Origin: Gnetum montanum
Taxonomy: Eukaryota; Plantae; Gnetophyta
Assembly (NCBI GenBank): GCA_015680685.1
Contig: MNCI01002098.1
Location: 217,284 to 281,283, forward strand
DNA: 64,000 bases
Direction: 5' to 3'
Below, in pieces: positions 12,715-25,914 of the stretch. Position 1 is the first letter of the stretch. The number at the start of each line of letters is the position of its first letter. A model generated the notes under the pieces. That model saw only the letters and a list, made by a program, of their open reading frames with translations. It was not told the origin of the DNA and ran no database searches. The position numbers and the translations under genes are program-made.

Positions 12715-15700
12715 TTATTTTAGTAGTTTTTTGATTCTTTTTATTTTTACGTTAGGCTCTGTATCAGCTAGTATGATTTTGTATTCAGCAACCCCTTCGC
12801 TGATCACATTGAATGGTAACTCAGCCCAAAGGACGTCTGGCGGAGTGGTTCCTGTGTCAATGTTTTCAGATGTTTTGGTAGTTGGCATGATTTCTGTACA
12901 AGTTTCCACTTGAGAAGTTGTATGTACAGTGTCAGACGTAGGCGTTTCTATTTTAGGTGGGTCTTGTTCCATGTTTAAAGGCTTACTGCTTACCGGTTGT
13001 TGCGCATTTTTATCGTTTCGTTTAGGCTTTTCAAGCTCGACCTCCGAGCCTTGGTCCATGTCCACATGTGATGAGGTAATAGGCGTAGCGGCTTCCCTGT
13101 GTATGATGATTTCACCGCCTTCATAAGGCAGGTGGATCTCTTAGTGTATAGGGGAGGAGACCGCTTTTAGTTGGGCCAACCAGGGTCTCCCTAATATTAA
13201 GTTGAATCCTGACATTTCATCGACCACCAGGAAATCTACGGATGTGGGAAATTGATCCCCTGCTATGATGTCTAAGGTCACTGTGCCTTTGACCATTATG
13301 TGTGAAGCACTGAATGATTTTAAACAAGTAGTTGTGGTTGGTTTGATTAGCTCAATTAGCCCTAGTTGTTCAATGATGGGGTATGGTACTACGTTTGTGG
13401 CAGCTCCATCGTCGACATGGACCCTATGTATCTTGAACTGGTTTATACGTATCGTTATGAACATGGGGGCTATTATTATCTCCCCTATTTTCTTATCCAC
13501 CTTAATGTTGTTGTCATGGAAGCTCAAGGGTTTAGGAGTGGTGTCGTGAGACGAGTACATTACCGCATGAATGATGGGTTTGTTCGGGGGCAAGTCCTCG
13601 CTTACCAGGATCAATGTTAACATACATACCAAAGCTTCTCGATGTGTTTAGGATGTTAGAACCAAATCATACAAGCTCAGCGAAGTGTTCTTTTGCTTCA
13701 ACGCTTGGGTGACTTGTGTCAAGGCCGTTGCTAAGTTTCTACTGTTGGGAGTATTTGCATCAACGGTGACTGGGTCCATTGGGCCCAACAGTTTTATTTC
13801 ATGTTTTAGTGATTTGTCACGTTTTCCCGACGTTGTTTTTTTAGATGGTTCATGTTTTTCTAACGGTTCACCCTCATTGCCTACATTTGGCTGGTTGTTA
13901 GGTGGCGTCATGGGTATGATGTTAAGTGGAGTGGGCTTAGGTGGCCCCAGAGCCAACCGTTGATGCTCTTTCTCCAAACGTTCGTGCATAAGCCTATATG
14001 CTAAGCATTCTCGTGTCTGGCAGGGAGGTGGAGCTAGTTTTGGAGCTTTGGGTTGCATTGGGATTCGCATCACATATGGAGATGGATGGGGTTGTGGTTG
14101 TACATTTGGATGTGATTGGTTAGAAGGCCGGCCAGGTATCCTAATGACGTAGGGGCTGGGGTTTCCTTGCATTTGTGAGGTGAAGGCTTGGTAATCATTA
14201 GGACTTTCGGGTATCCTAACGACATACGGGATTGGTTTTGGCGGAGGTTGTACTTCCACTATCGCAACAGCTAGTGGTGCTTAGACTACGAAAGGGGCAG
14301 GCCAAGCAGAAGGGGTTGGTGCATTTGAGGGAATGATGGGAGGGACACACACCACATATGGTTTGTCGCGTGTCATGGTGTCAGATGTGGGTGTGGCCAA
14401 GGGTACTCGGATGACGTATGGATGCTAGGGTGCACGTGGTGGTTGAGGCATGGGCGTGGACACAGCGGGAGGAATCTGAACTACGAATGGCCTATTAGGT
14501 GTTTCCTGTTTATATTGGAAATAGATAGTGTTAATATTGGGTGTATCAGAATCATCATCGAGGTAGATTGTATTAATGACATACGACGCCTCTTTGGTGT
14601 TCAGGGGGTCTTTATACACCCCCATAGCCTGATTCTGTGGTTGGACCGGGTTGGCCTCATCAAAAGTGATTTGGCCTTCATCGATTATTCGCTGAATATC
14701 CTGCTTCAAGGTGAAACAGTAATCCGTATCGTGCCCGTTTCGTTGATGGTAGTCGCAAAAGCGATCCATTCTGAAGCCTTTGGGTATGAGAGGCTCATCT
14801 GGCGTTGCTAAGCTTGGGTTCTGAATGAGTTGATAGAACCGGTCATGTCTCTGGATGGCCGCAGGGGATAACTGTTTATGTTTCATTAACCCAGCCTTCA
14901 AGAGTTGATCAAAGAGCTGGGAGGGCTTCATTGGCAAAGGAGTATATTGAGAGGGTTCTTTCCTCTCGAAATTTCACGTACGGTTTGTTGTTGGGTTTTG
15001 CAATGATGATGATTCCAGTGCGGTTGTGGGAATTGGTTTATTGTAGTTAGTAGGGGCTGCAGACGGTTTATTTTGGTGTGTAATGTTTGCTTGTTGTGCG
15101 CCTGCTATTGCTGCTATGATTGTCTTAGCCTTTCCTTTATCTTTTTTAGTGTGTTGATTTTTGAAGGCTAAGTATGCAGGGTCGTGGTTGTTTTGAGCCG
15201 CCTCTTTTATATTCTTGATTTGTACAAAAGCTTGGTTAAGATTACGCGTGTTAAGGTAGTACAACTTAGATTTAAAGAAATCATTAACAGCTTCCTTTAG
15301 AATTGTGAGCAAGTATGTCTGGGAGATCGGCTCGTGCAACTCGTTGAGAGCGACGCTCCACCTCTGAATAAATTTCTATACAGGTTCAAGCAGTGCTTGC
15401 TTGACCTGTATGAGGTTGTCCAGTGTGGCCTCGGGTTTCAAGTTGTACTTGAACCTAGTTATAAACTGGTGTAATAAGTCTTCCAAGAAGAAGATGGAAT
15501 TCCTTGGCATAGCCTGATACCAATCAAGTGCTCTCCCTGCGAGGGACATGGGGAACACTCGGAGAATGGCATGGGGCCATGTTATTAAGTGAGCGTTGGG
15601 CTCTATCTCCCCATTGTATTTGGTTAGTGTTGGTAAGGAGACGCCTTTGGACAAGGTTAAGGGTGGGACAAAAGAGCTGATGGGATCATCGTGGTAGAAG

Positions 15701-16934
15701 TCCACTACCTTCAACTCCCCGTCGGTGGCTGTTTTGAGGCGTTTTACCTTGTCAGTTAACTCTTGCATCAATTTTTTAGCGTCTGCCCAGTCTTGAGCGC
15801 TTGGTGAAGCAACGGGCTGGGGATGTGGGCCGTATATAAGTTAGACTGTTGAGTCGTGGGTTGAAAGGCCAAAAGCTACGCGGTTAGCGGTTGTGTTTGT
15901 GGAAGGTGAACAACATGTGGCGCTAAGGATGATACATTATATACGGGGGGTTGTTGCTACTGTAGTTGTGGTCGTATTTGGGGAATGTTAACATGCGGAA
16001 ATGTGTGAGATGACACATTGTGGTGAGAGGGTTGGTGTGACGGCACACCCATCGCTGGCCATTGCCTAGCCGCGTTGTGTGTAGGGACCCCTTGTTGGGT
16101 TACGACGGTCAAGGGGGTTCCGTGCGTTTGAATGTGAGGGATGTAGTGAGCGGACATGGAGGCTGGTATTACGTGTGGCATCCCTATCACTCGAGGTAGG
16201 AATGTCACTCCCATGCTGTTGTGAGGGGGCGATGCTTGTGAGCACGAGCCTGCAGCTACAGCGGGGATGATTGCGAGAGGGAAGGTATTAGGTTGGGGAT
16301 TGCTCGGGGGAGGAATATGCACTAGTGTTGATGTCTCTGGTGGTGGTGCTTGGGCCTGGGTGAACCTGAGATGCTGGAGGGGCATGATTTCCCTTGTACT
16401 AGGATGAAAAATGGGGTTAACGTGTGCTTGCGGGCTCAGAGTGTGGTAAGAGTCCTCTTGTTCAGATTGAGTAGTGAATTCGTCCTCTTCCTCTAGTTGG
16501 GGCTCTAGCGCAGGCTGATCCAACGAGTGACTCCTTCGCAGGAGGAGCTGTGTGATGAGCTCTGAATACTACTTCGGAATAGGGNACAGGAGGAGCTGTG
16601 TGATGAGCTCTGAATACTACTTCGGAATAGGGATTACGTCATATGGGGAAGGGATGAACTCGCGTCCCCCCCTGTAAAAGAGTTCGAATTTCCTCTTCAC
16701 CTCTATTTCGGCTCGGTCTACAGCCAGGCCAGCTTGTATCTTAATACATATGAAGTTATACTAATCCTAGGTTATAATGTTAGAGGCTGGGTCTCTCCCT
16801 TGCAACCTTAGGGACCGGTGGGGCCCTGCTATGGGTTGTACTCCCGGGTATTGTGCGACAGGCTGTTGGACCGTTGTGGTGTCCATGATGTTGGTGACTT
16901 GTGTAGTGGTGGAAGTGGTGTTTATGGGATTCAT
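12715..16934 (-). pseudogene. gag: gag-protease of element A (premature stops/frameshifts)
   Basis: ORF pieces: LTKYNGEIEPNAHL...VFPMSLAGRALDWYQ (retrotransposon gag), FCDYHQRNGHDTDYC (Tat-type Zn knuckle), VHVDDGAATNV...FNLILGRPWL (aspartic protease). Confidence 0.9.
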
Positions 16935-17599
16935 GATGATTGGTTGAGGATATACGACACGGTCTAGAAATGTGAAGTTAATGTACTGTGCAGGGTATAG
17001 CGTATATGCTTCAGCTAACAGCATATGATGACAACGTATACAACGTATATGTACATAGTGTATATGGTCGGCGTAGATGAGTCTGCGGCGTAAGTGGTTC
17101 AGCGTATACGCTAGACAGCATGTACAACGTCAGGGCACAGCGTAAAAGGGTGCAGCATAAAAAATAGGATACAACGTAAAACAAATCTAGGGCATAAAGA
17201 ATAGTAGGGACAAAGTTGGCGTACAACGTAGATGAGGCCTACGGCGTAAAAGGGTATAGCGTCAACAAGTTTATGGCGTAAAATATGCAGCATAAAATTT
17301 ATGTAGGGCATAAGGAAGGTCTACAGCGTTAAACGTAATGGATGGTTACCAGTGTAAACGTTGGGGATGTTGTAGCGAAAACTGTAACAGACATGGCGTA
17401 AACACTGATCAGCGTATACGCTNGGAAAACTGTAACAGACATGGCGTAAACACTGATCAGCGTATACGCTAGACAGTTTGCGGACGGAGCAGCGTAAATG
17501 CTAGAATGTGTTTAAATTAGTAGGAATGATTGTGGTCGGCAATGTAGACGCTCAACAGCGTAAACGCTGGGAAGCTTGCAAGTAAGTTTAAGGTAGAGG

Positions 17600-17616
17600 C
17601 CCTCCTTCTAGCGCCA
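17600..17616 (-). promoter_or_regulatory. Primer binding site of A, tRNA-Asn type
   Basis: Minus strand TGGCGCTAGAAGGAGGG, complementary to the 3' end of plant cytosolic tRNA-Asn(GTT) as recalled (...CCCTCCTTCTAGCG-CCA), 5 nt from the LTR. Confidence 0.85.
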
Positions 17617-17621
17617 ATTTT

Positions 17622-18754
17622 TGTACCTTTCGAAATTGTCGGTCTCTGGCTGGAAGGAAACATAGACCGTGGGATCACTAGGCACGCACAGAAGACCCTA
17701 CCTTTGCCTGAGGGCGAGCTGGAATGCACGAAGGTAGAGTACCTTGGGTGGTCCGCACGCGGATCAGACAAGGATTTCCCCAAACATATACCGAAGTGTT
17801 ATACACTTGGTTATATGTAAACGGTGTAACTGGCATAAACGAGAGCGTAAACAGCGTAACAGGTCCGAACAGAGTGTAAATGTAAACGAGTGTAAATAGA
17901 ACACATATAAGAAATTAATGTAAAATGTAAACAATGGTATTACAGAATGAAAGTACAATGCAACGGTCTAACGCAGTTGTGATGGAACACAAGGCGGATG
18001 GAAAGCCTCGGTGGATGCAGGGAGGACTCGGCTGGTTTGCACTGTAGGCGCAGCGTAGAGACTGTGTGCCCAGCGTATAGGACTGTCCAGCATAAAAGGG
18101 TTTTTAGCTCTGGTGTGCAGCATAATTGTTCTCTGGTATGCTTTGGGATTTTGCCAACCGACCCTGCTACAAGTGGAAAAGTGGGGTTTTTATACTGGTT
18201 GTTACGCTAGACTCGGGTTGGGCAATACGTGCATGTTGACTGGGTGTAAAAAGGGCGTAAAATTTACAAGTGTACAACATATTACATCTGTTGAGCATAT
18301 ACGCTGAGCATATATGCTGTATCAGGTGGGCGTAGACTCTGGGCGTATACGCTGGATGTGCTGGGCGTAGATGCTGTGGACGTTGGGCGTATACATCGAG
18401 CGTGTATGCCGACAATGGCTAGGCGTATACACTAATGGTTGCCGACTTGCTTCAATCCTTGCTCTTCGGTGCTGTTTTCATTCTGTCTTTGGAGATTCCA
18501 TGCCGAGCGCAAACAATTACCATACCTGCCGAGCGTACCTGTGAAGTGTGTACGTCGGGCGTGTAAGTTGGATGTCTATGCTAGGTGTATACGCTGTGGA
18601 TGTCGGGCGTATACGCTGGTACTTAGTGAAAATTAAGCATTTTGATCCCTGAAGTTGCAATGTGTGACACTAAATGTAGCCGTGGTTGTCCGTGGGTCCC
18701 AGGGACCTGCTTCCTGTTGGAGAAATACCAAGCTTGAAATTTTGTGGTGTTTCA
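17622..18754 (-). repeat. 5' LTR of element A
   Basis: Direct repeat of 855-1991, adjacent to the PBS. Confidence 0.95.
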
Positions 18755-18759
18755 AGTAT

Positions 18760-21700
18760 GTGATGAACTAAGGGATTCCTTATCACATAATTGTTTCCTA
18801 ACCCAATGTGGGTTAGGAGGTTCCTAGGCCTTGGCCTTGGGAGGCATAAGGCGATACTCACCTAGACCTTCTTTGGTGGTGTTGAAGGGTAATTCTACCT
18901 AGAGAGCTTCCTTAGATAGGTTCCCCAATTCATTCAATTGTTCATATGGATCTACCAAACAAGGCCAAATTTCATCCCCAATGAACAGCATATCATCGAG
19001 GAATTCTAGCTCTGACCCCTATTTTGTATCAACATTGTTTATGGTTAGGGATGATGCATTGTCACCATGTATGATTACCTCTCCACCTTCATAGGGAAGG
19101 TGGATCTCTTGATGAATGGGCAAGGAGATGGCTTGTAATTTGGCTAGCTAGGGCCTTCCTAGGATCAAGTTAAACTTGGGCATCTCTTTGACGATGATAA
19201 ACTCAGTCATAGTGGAGAATTGATCCCTTGCTACAAAAGTTATCGTTACCATTCCCATCATGGAAATGCATGATCCATTAAAGGATTTTAGACATGTCGT
19301 CTTGGTTGACTTAACATGGTCAATGAGACTGAGTTTGTCAATGATTAGGAATCAGATAAGATTGGTCATCACCTTGTCATCAATGTGCACCCTCCAAATT
19401 CTGCATTGCCCTACACAAATGATTATGAACATTGGCACACTGGTGACTTGACCCTTTTTAGGACCAACCTTAACCACTTCATGATGAAACACCAGGGGTG
19501 TTGAACCTAATTCTTGAGGTGTAGGAAGCATCATAACGTGGATGGCCTATTCATCTACTAGAATGTCCTCCTTGATAGGAATGGAAATCAACATGTGGAC
19601 TAATGCTTCATGGTGAGCAGAGGAGGTCATCACCAAGTCATATAGGCTCAAAGTTATGCTCTTTTACTTTAAAGCCTACTTGACCTACACCAGTGCATCT
19701 AGGAAATCTTTATCGTTGTCTATTATTTTGTTAGCCTTTATCTCCTCCATGTAGCCCAAGAGACAAATCTCTCAGGAAGGGGATTTAGACTTTGCTTGTG
19801 TAACTAGCTTTCAAGCCTTAGTGCTTGGTTGTTGGTTTCTTGCACTTGAAATGGTGTCTTGAGATGATGAGGCCATGGGAATGGCAAATAAGAGGACAAG
19901 CTTTGGAGGACCTAACTCCATACATTCCTTAATTATCTTGTTAGCAAGGCATTCATTAGGCATCCCAAATTGTAACCTAAACTAGTTATTGGATGTAAGA
20001 TGAGACTTTGGATAGATAGGACCTGATGCAGTTCTTGCCACCAAACCCCAAGCAAGCAAGGAGTTTGCACATCATGGCACCCTGATGACAAAGGGCATCT
20101 TAGTTGTTGTTGCAGCAACATGCTGTTGAGCCTTAACCATAAAGGGTGTCATGGGCATCCATGGTGGTACTTTGATGACAAAGGACCTCAAACTAGTTGA
20201 TGCCGAGGCCCCAGTGTTACCTAAGGGCACATGAACCACAAATGGTTCTTGTGCCAGTTCTGCATCATCATCAATGCTAATGGAATTAATGATGTATCCT
20301 ACACCATTATCATTAAGAGGGCCTTTGTAGACCTTCATCAATTGGTTTTATGGGTGCATAGGATCGCTATCATCAAGGTCTAGTTGGCCCTGATTGATCA
20401 TAAACTATATGCCATCTCGTAAGGCCAAGCAGTAATCTATATCATGGCTAGGCAGTTGGTGGTAGTTGCAAAACCGATCCAACCTGAAGATTTTAGGAAC
20501 CAGGGGCTCATTTGGTATGGCTGATAATGGGTCTCTGAGGATCTCATAGTAGTGTTCATGGCATTTGCAGGTGTCCATAGACATTTGATTATGTTGGATG
20601 TGCCTAGCATTAAGCAGCTGGCCCAAGAGCTCAGATGTCTTGATGGACAGTGGTGTATACTTTGATCAATCCTTGCACTCAAATTTTGGCCTTGGGATAG
20701 TTTGCTTTGTGGCCATTAATGGTGTGGACTAGTTGCTTGCTACAACGCCAAAGTCAGAAGCTTTGGTGTTGTTGGCCAGGGCCTTAAGTGCTTTGGTTGT
20801 TGGTTTAGAATTTTTTGGCTTGGCCCCATTAGCCACCACTGCAATGGTTATGGTTTCCTTCTCTTTTTCCTTTTCCTTCTTTGCATGTGCATTTTTTGTA
20901 AACCACATAGGCAAGGTCTTTGCTAGCCTCTACCACATCCTAGATGCTTTTTGTTTGAGCAAAGGCTTACCTTAGGAAGTATGGGGCTAAGTACTACAAC
21001 TTCAACTTGATGAAGTTGTTTATTGCACCCTTGTAGATGGCCAATAGATGGCTCTCTACCATGGGCTCACATATTTTTTTGAGTGTAGTGTTCCAATGTT
21101 AAATGAACTTTTTCATGGGCTCCAAGGGACCCTACTGAATATCCATCAGTTGGTCTAGGGTTGCTTTGAGCTTCAAGTTGTACTTAAAGTGAGTGACAAA
21201 TTAACTAATAAAATCCTCCAAAGAAGATGTGGAGGCCCTAGGAAGTGCATGATACCAATTTAATGCCTTGCCAATTAGGAACATGACAAAGACATGGATA
21301 ATCACATGCAACCATGCTTGCAGAAGAAGGTATTTAGAGTGAAAGGTTGCCAGGTGGGCATTGGGGTCCCCCTCACCATTATATTTGATGAAGTGGGAAG
21401 TTAGACCCTAAGGGCCAAGGTCAGTGATGGGACTATAGGACTGATAGGGTTGTCTTGGTAAAAGTCCATCATGCAGATCATTTCAGAGTTAATGACTTTG
21501 AGCTACTTAACTTATTCAATAAGAATTTAGATAAGCTAGAATGCTTGGTCCAAGCTCAAGGTGGATGTGGTGGGCTACACTAGTTGTGCTACCTACTACA
21601 TCATTTGAGTGGCCTATGCAACCAATTGGACAGTTGCTGCAAATACTACTATGTATGCTATTGTTATGCCATGGGCATAAAGGGTGGTATCCACCATGTG

Positions 21701-24381
21701 ATTGTAGTATAGGCCAACATAGGAAGTTCCAACGAGATGGGTGGAATGTATGACATCTAGCTCATGTATGGCTAAGACACCTACACCATGTGCATTTAAG
21801 GTTATGTTTGCATCATATAGGTTGGCATGGAGGATTGCATGGATTGTGTGGAGATCACAAAGCGCATGGCCATAGATGGTCCCATGCCTTGGTGTATGTG
21901 CGACACCTGGTGGCTTACCACCATGGGAGTGAACCTAGGAGGTGAAGGTGATGTCACTACCTTGATGAAGGTAGACAACTAAGACCATAATTGAACAAAA
22001 CTAGATTTGGGTTGTTGAAAGGAGGTGTAGAAGGGGTTCTCATTCTCTGAATGAGCCTTAAATTCATCTTTTCCATCCTATAAGGGCTTTTCATATTTTT
22101 TTGTTGCATCATACTTGTTTGGCCCACTCATTCACATGAGTTGGTCAAGGAGCCACTAGAAGGTATTGATAAGTAGAATAAAGTTGTTAGGTGTAGGGAG
22201 ATATTTCCTCCCATTTTGTTGTATGATCTTGTAACTGCATTTTGCATCCATTTCTTGGTGATCTACAGATAGAATCTCTTGAAGTTTTATGCATAAAAGG
22301 TTGTATTTTTCATCATTGAGTACCATGTACTTAGGTGGTTGATCTCTTACTCTAAGTGATTGTTGTGGTACTAGCAATGGACTAGGTAGGCAATCAACTT
22401 GTGCCACCTACCAAACAGGGTAGACAATAACCATGCTTAAAGCAAAGGTTGAAGGTTGTGTAGCATTCATGCTGTGTTGCTATGTGAAAATGAAAAAATT
22501 GTAATGCTAAGTATAAAATGGCTAAGTGTAGAAAATGCCAAAAAAATATCTAAGTAAAGAAGTGTTAAAAAATTATGAAAACTGGCTAAGCATAGAATCA
22601 ACCAAAGAATGACTAACTCTGGGAATGCTACTAAAACACTAACTTTGATGCTATGCTCACTATGTTAGAGGTTGCTACAATCTCACTACTACAATCTCAT
22701 TGAGAACTTACTACACTCTCCAAAGCATCCAAAGTTTTAGTTCAACACAACGAATATGCTTAGGCTTTCATCTTGTAGTGTTCTAGGGGAGCCAACCACT
22801 GGGACCAATCAACACCAATCGATTTGTAGACAACTCCTGCATTGGCCTAGGATCCAACTACTTCCATGAGAAGTCCATAAGGATGTTATGTCTACGCTAG
22901 CTCAAAACTAGTAGCAGAGGTGCAAAAAGCACATGGGACTACCACTGAATGCAAAAGGAATGGCATGGCCCTCTTTCTAGGACCAAAAAATTGTGACAAC
23001 TAAAAATGTTAGTGGCTGGAACACTGAGAGATTAGTGAGCGTACAAACTAACCCTAAACCTATGTGAGGGCCTTGTTGGAAATGGAGAAAAGGTGCCTTA
23101 TGTAGTCTTGTTAATTGAACAAGGACTTACAGGGTGCTACATCAAGCAAATGCTAAAGGGATTACATGGTGTTACCTATGGGCACTGAGGCTGGCTAGGG
23201 TAGTGCATAGCAGGTCTTTTTGCCTAAGGATGGCAGTGTAAATGTGTGAATGCATGTGAAATAGTAAGAAAACATGAGTGCTATGCTAAATATTGAAGAA
23301 AAAGTGCTTCAAAATGTAAGAGAACTTGAGGGGGAGCATAGCAATTACGAAAAGAGGTGAGACTAGTACATGGTGTACAGGTAGGCATAGTAGCAACATA
23401 GTAGCATAGTCACAGTCTCTAGGATATCTAAGCTATGAAATTGATAACTACCATGGAGTTTGAGCTTTCTAGGTTGGCTACCGTGATGTCCTGTGGCTTA
23501 CAATGCATTGTGGTGTTGAGTGGAATGCAAAAGGATTACCAAGATGCTGATAAACTCTAGTGTATGGGGTGCTCAAGGTGCTTTAAGTGCGAAATGATGC
23601 TCTGAGGTGTTAACTACCACTTGAATTTGCTTACCAAATGCTTCAAATGCCCACTACTAGAATTAATTTTCAACCCCCTAAAGTGTGGAATGTGGGGGTA
23701 TTTATAGGCTTACAGTTAGCGTGAAGTGTAGATTGAGTGCAACATTGCAATGAGGTAGCTAGGGCTATGCTAACCTTTCCTATGCTCCCACTGGAGGAAC
23801 TAGTGTTACACTTTGATACTCTCCACTGGACCCCAAGAAACTACCAGACTGGCTATGCTACCAAGACTACATATACCAAGGCTACAATGTACCTATAAAT
23901 AGAGTAAAATAGTGCAATTTGGAGGCTACACTCTGGGACTATGTTCTCCTCTCTTTCAAGTGGAATCAAGTGTAGGTACAATTTTGGGACATAGAGGAAT
24001 GTACCAAAAGAGTGGGAGTTGCTGAGCTTGCTTGCTAAAGGAGTTCCAGAGCTAGAATGAAGGCCTATGCTAAGCTTTAAAAGCTCTTGAAGGTAGTTTA
24101 TTATTGCTATGATAGCTATGTTCTAGAGTGTAGCACAACAATTGGGAAATTCTTGCAAAAAATGAAGTCCAGTGTTACTACAATTTCTATGCTAGAGAGC
24201 ATAGTAGGATGGAACCCAGTGTACCACAGAAACTTAGAAAAATTTGGCAAAAATTACAATCCTTGTTCTTGCTACACCAGCTACTCTTTAGAGTGTAGCA
24301 GAAGGGGTAGCTTCACAAGTTAGATCTACCAAATGCTTCTTCCATGCTGAGCTAGCTTGGAAACTTTTGGCTTGACACTAG
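18760..24381 (-). mobile_element. Element C, gag-PR region, degenerate PBS (22969-22985) and first part of 5' LTR (22992-24381)
   Basis: Homologous gag/PR peptides (VHIDD, RFCNYHQLPSHDIDYC, FKYNLK); CCCTCTTTCTAGGACCA followed by TGTGAC; minus-strand TATA CCTATAAATA near 23700. Confidence 0.85.
18780..22470 (-). pseudogene. gag: gag-protease of element C, heavily decayed
   Basis: ORFs 19352-19534, 20072-20341, 20405-20626, 20729-20914, 22156-22407 align to A gag-PR. Confidence 0.8.
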
Positions 24382-25914
24382 TGTAGCGATTGAAAACATT
24401 GGTGGTTGGAAAACGTTGAGGGGTTGTTGGCTGTTGATTGTCTTAACCTCATTTCCACAAGAGGGCCGTGTTGGATGGGATAGAAATGGGACACCCTGAA
24501 TGGTCTAGTCAATCATAAAGGAACTTAGTCGGTGTTAATATAACCTTTTGCAACATGTGATTTGAAAACAAGACTGATAGCATGAAGTAATGGCTAAATG
24601 TAAAAGAGGTAGAAAATAGTGTAAAATGAAATAATAAGAAGGAGACAAAGTAAAATGCAGTTAGAAAACTGCACCACTTCGAAGCTACAACTTTGCTCTA
24701 TCAAGATGGATACAATTAGTTGCATAGCGCTGAGAATTGCAGAGATCCCAAGAGTAACCAAGACATGTAGAGCGAGATAGCTATGCACTTGAACGTGAGC
24801 TCACTCATTAATAATGCGAAGTACTACCAAGGTGGTAGAAAAGAGCAGAATAAAATGCCAACTAAGAGTGCTAATTGTTTACCATGTCAAAATAGGAAGC
24901 TTACAATGCTCAAGGTGACAGTGCTAACATTTTTGCTTGATAGCTAAAAAAATTGTTAGTTGACCAGATTGCTTAGAACAATCGAGACCAGGAACCCTTC
25001 AAGCATTGCACATTGGGTTATTTATAGGACTGAGGGTGCACGAAAGATGCAGTTTGGATGCCACGTGCCCTAGACTTATGCTGACCTGTCTATGCTGCAC
25101 GTGCCTTCATGACCATTGGGCGAGTCTACCATGCCGTAATTACAAGCCTTCCATGATGTAATTGCGCTGTCAGAGCAATGGTGAAATTAGCTAAGGTGCA
25201 TTGATGTCACGTAACTATCCACCATGCCTTTCTATGCTTTGTAGCATAGCATGTTTGGCATGGTGTAGCATCTTGTTACGCTGTGCTATACTACACAGTG
25301 TAGCATAACATAACTGCCAGTTTAAAGCAAAAAATCTATGGTGTGTCTCGCTACATGCATTGGGAAATTTCGAAGCAAGCTGACTGTTTATTGCATTTTT
25401 GCTACGCTATGCTATGCTACATAGTGTATCATAGCATAGTAGCTATCCTTAGTCGCCAAAAATAGTGCCAATCTGCAAAATTTTTCATTTTGCATTGTGA
25501 AGCTTGCAAACTTGCTCATCCCACCCTTGAGATGCCTTTTGTCACTTTCGCAGAATTGCTATGCCTCGCTGCACCATGTAGATTAGCGTAGCGTAGTAGC
25601 AAACATGACCTAATTTTGCCAAGTGCACCGCTTTCTGACAAAAGGAGACATTGCTGAAGGACTTGAAGTTTGATGAGGGGACTGACCATCCAGCTTTTGC
25701 TATGCTGCATAGCATAGCATAGCATTGTGCTTCTGCAAACATCTTCTAAAGTCTGCTATGCTACATAGCATAGCGAAACTCCTTGGCTTAGAAAACTTGC
25801 CAAACTAGATAGTCTGAACAATAGAGCATCCATCTCCTGAAGAACTACCGTGATGCTATGCGAATTGAAAAGACCTAGTAAAGCAAGGATGCCTTCAAAT
25901 TTTAGGATGTTTCA
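24382..25914 (-). repeat. 3' LTR of element B
   Basis: TGTAGC...TGTTTCA, direct repeat of 40858-42345; minus-strand CCTATAAAT near 25020. Confidence 0.92.

Larger units (their letters stand above)
855..18754 (-). mobile_element. Element A: full-length Ty3/Gypsy Tat/Ogre-like LTR retrotransposon (~17.9 kb), decayed
   Basis: Paired TG...CA LTRs 855-1991 and 17622-18754; 5-bp TSD AGTAC (850-854)/AGTAT (18755-18759); PBS, PPT, gag-PR and RT-RH-aRH-INT all on the minus strand. Confidence 0.95.
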
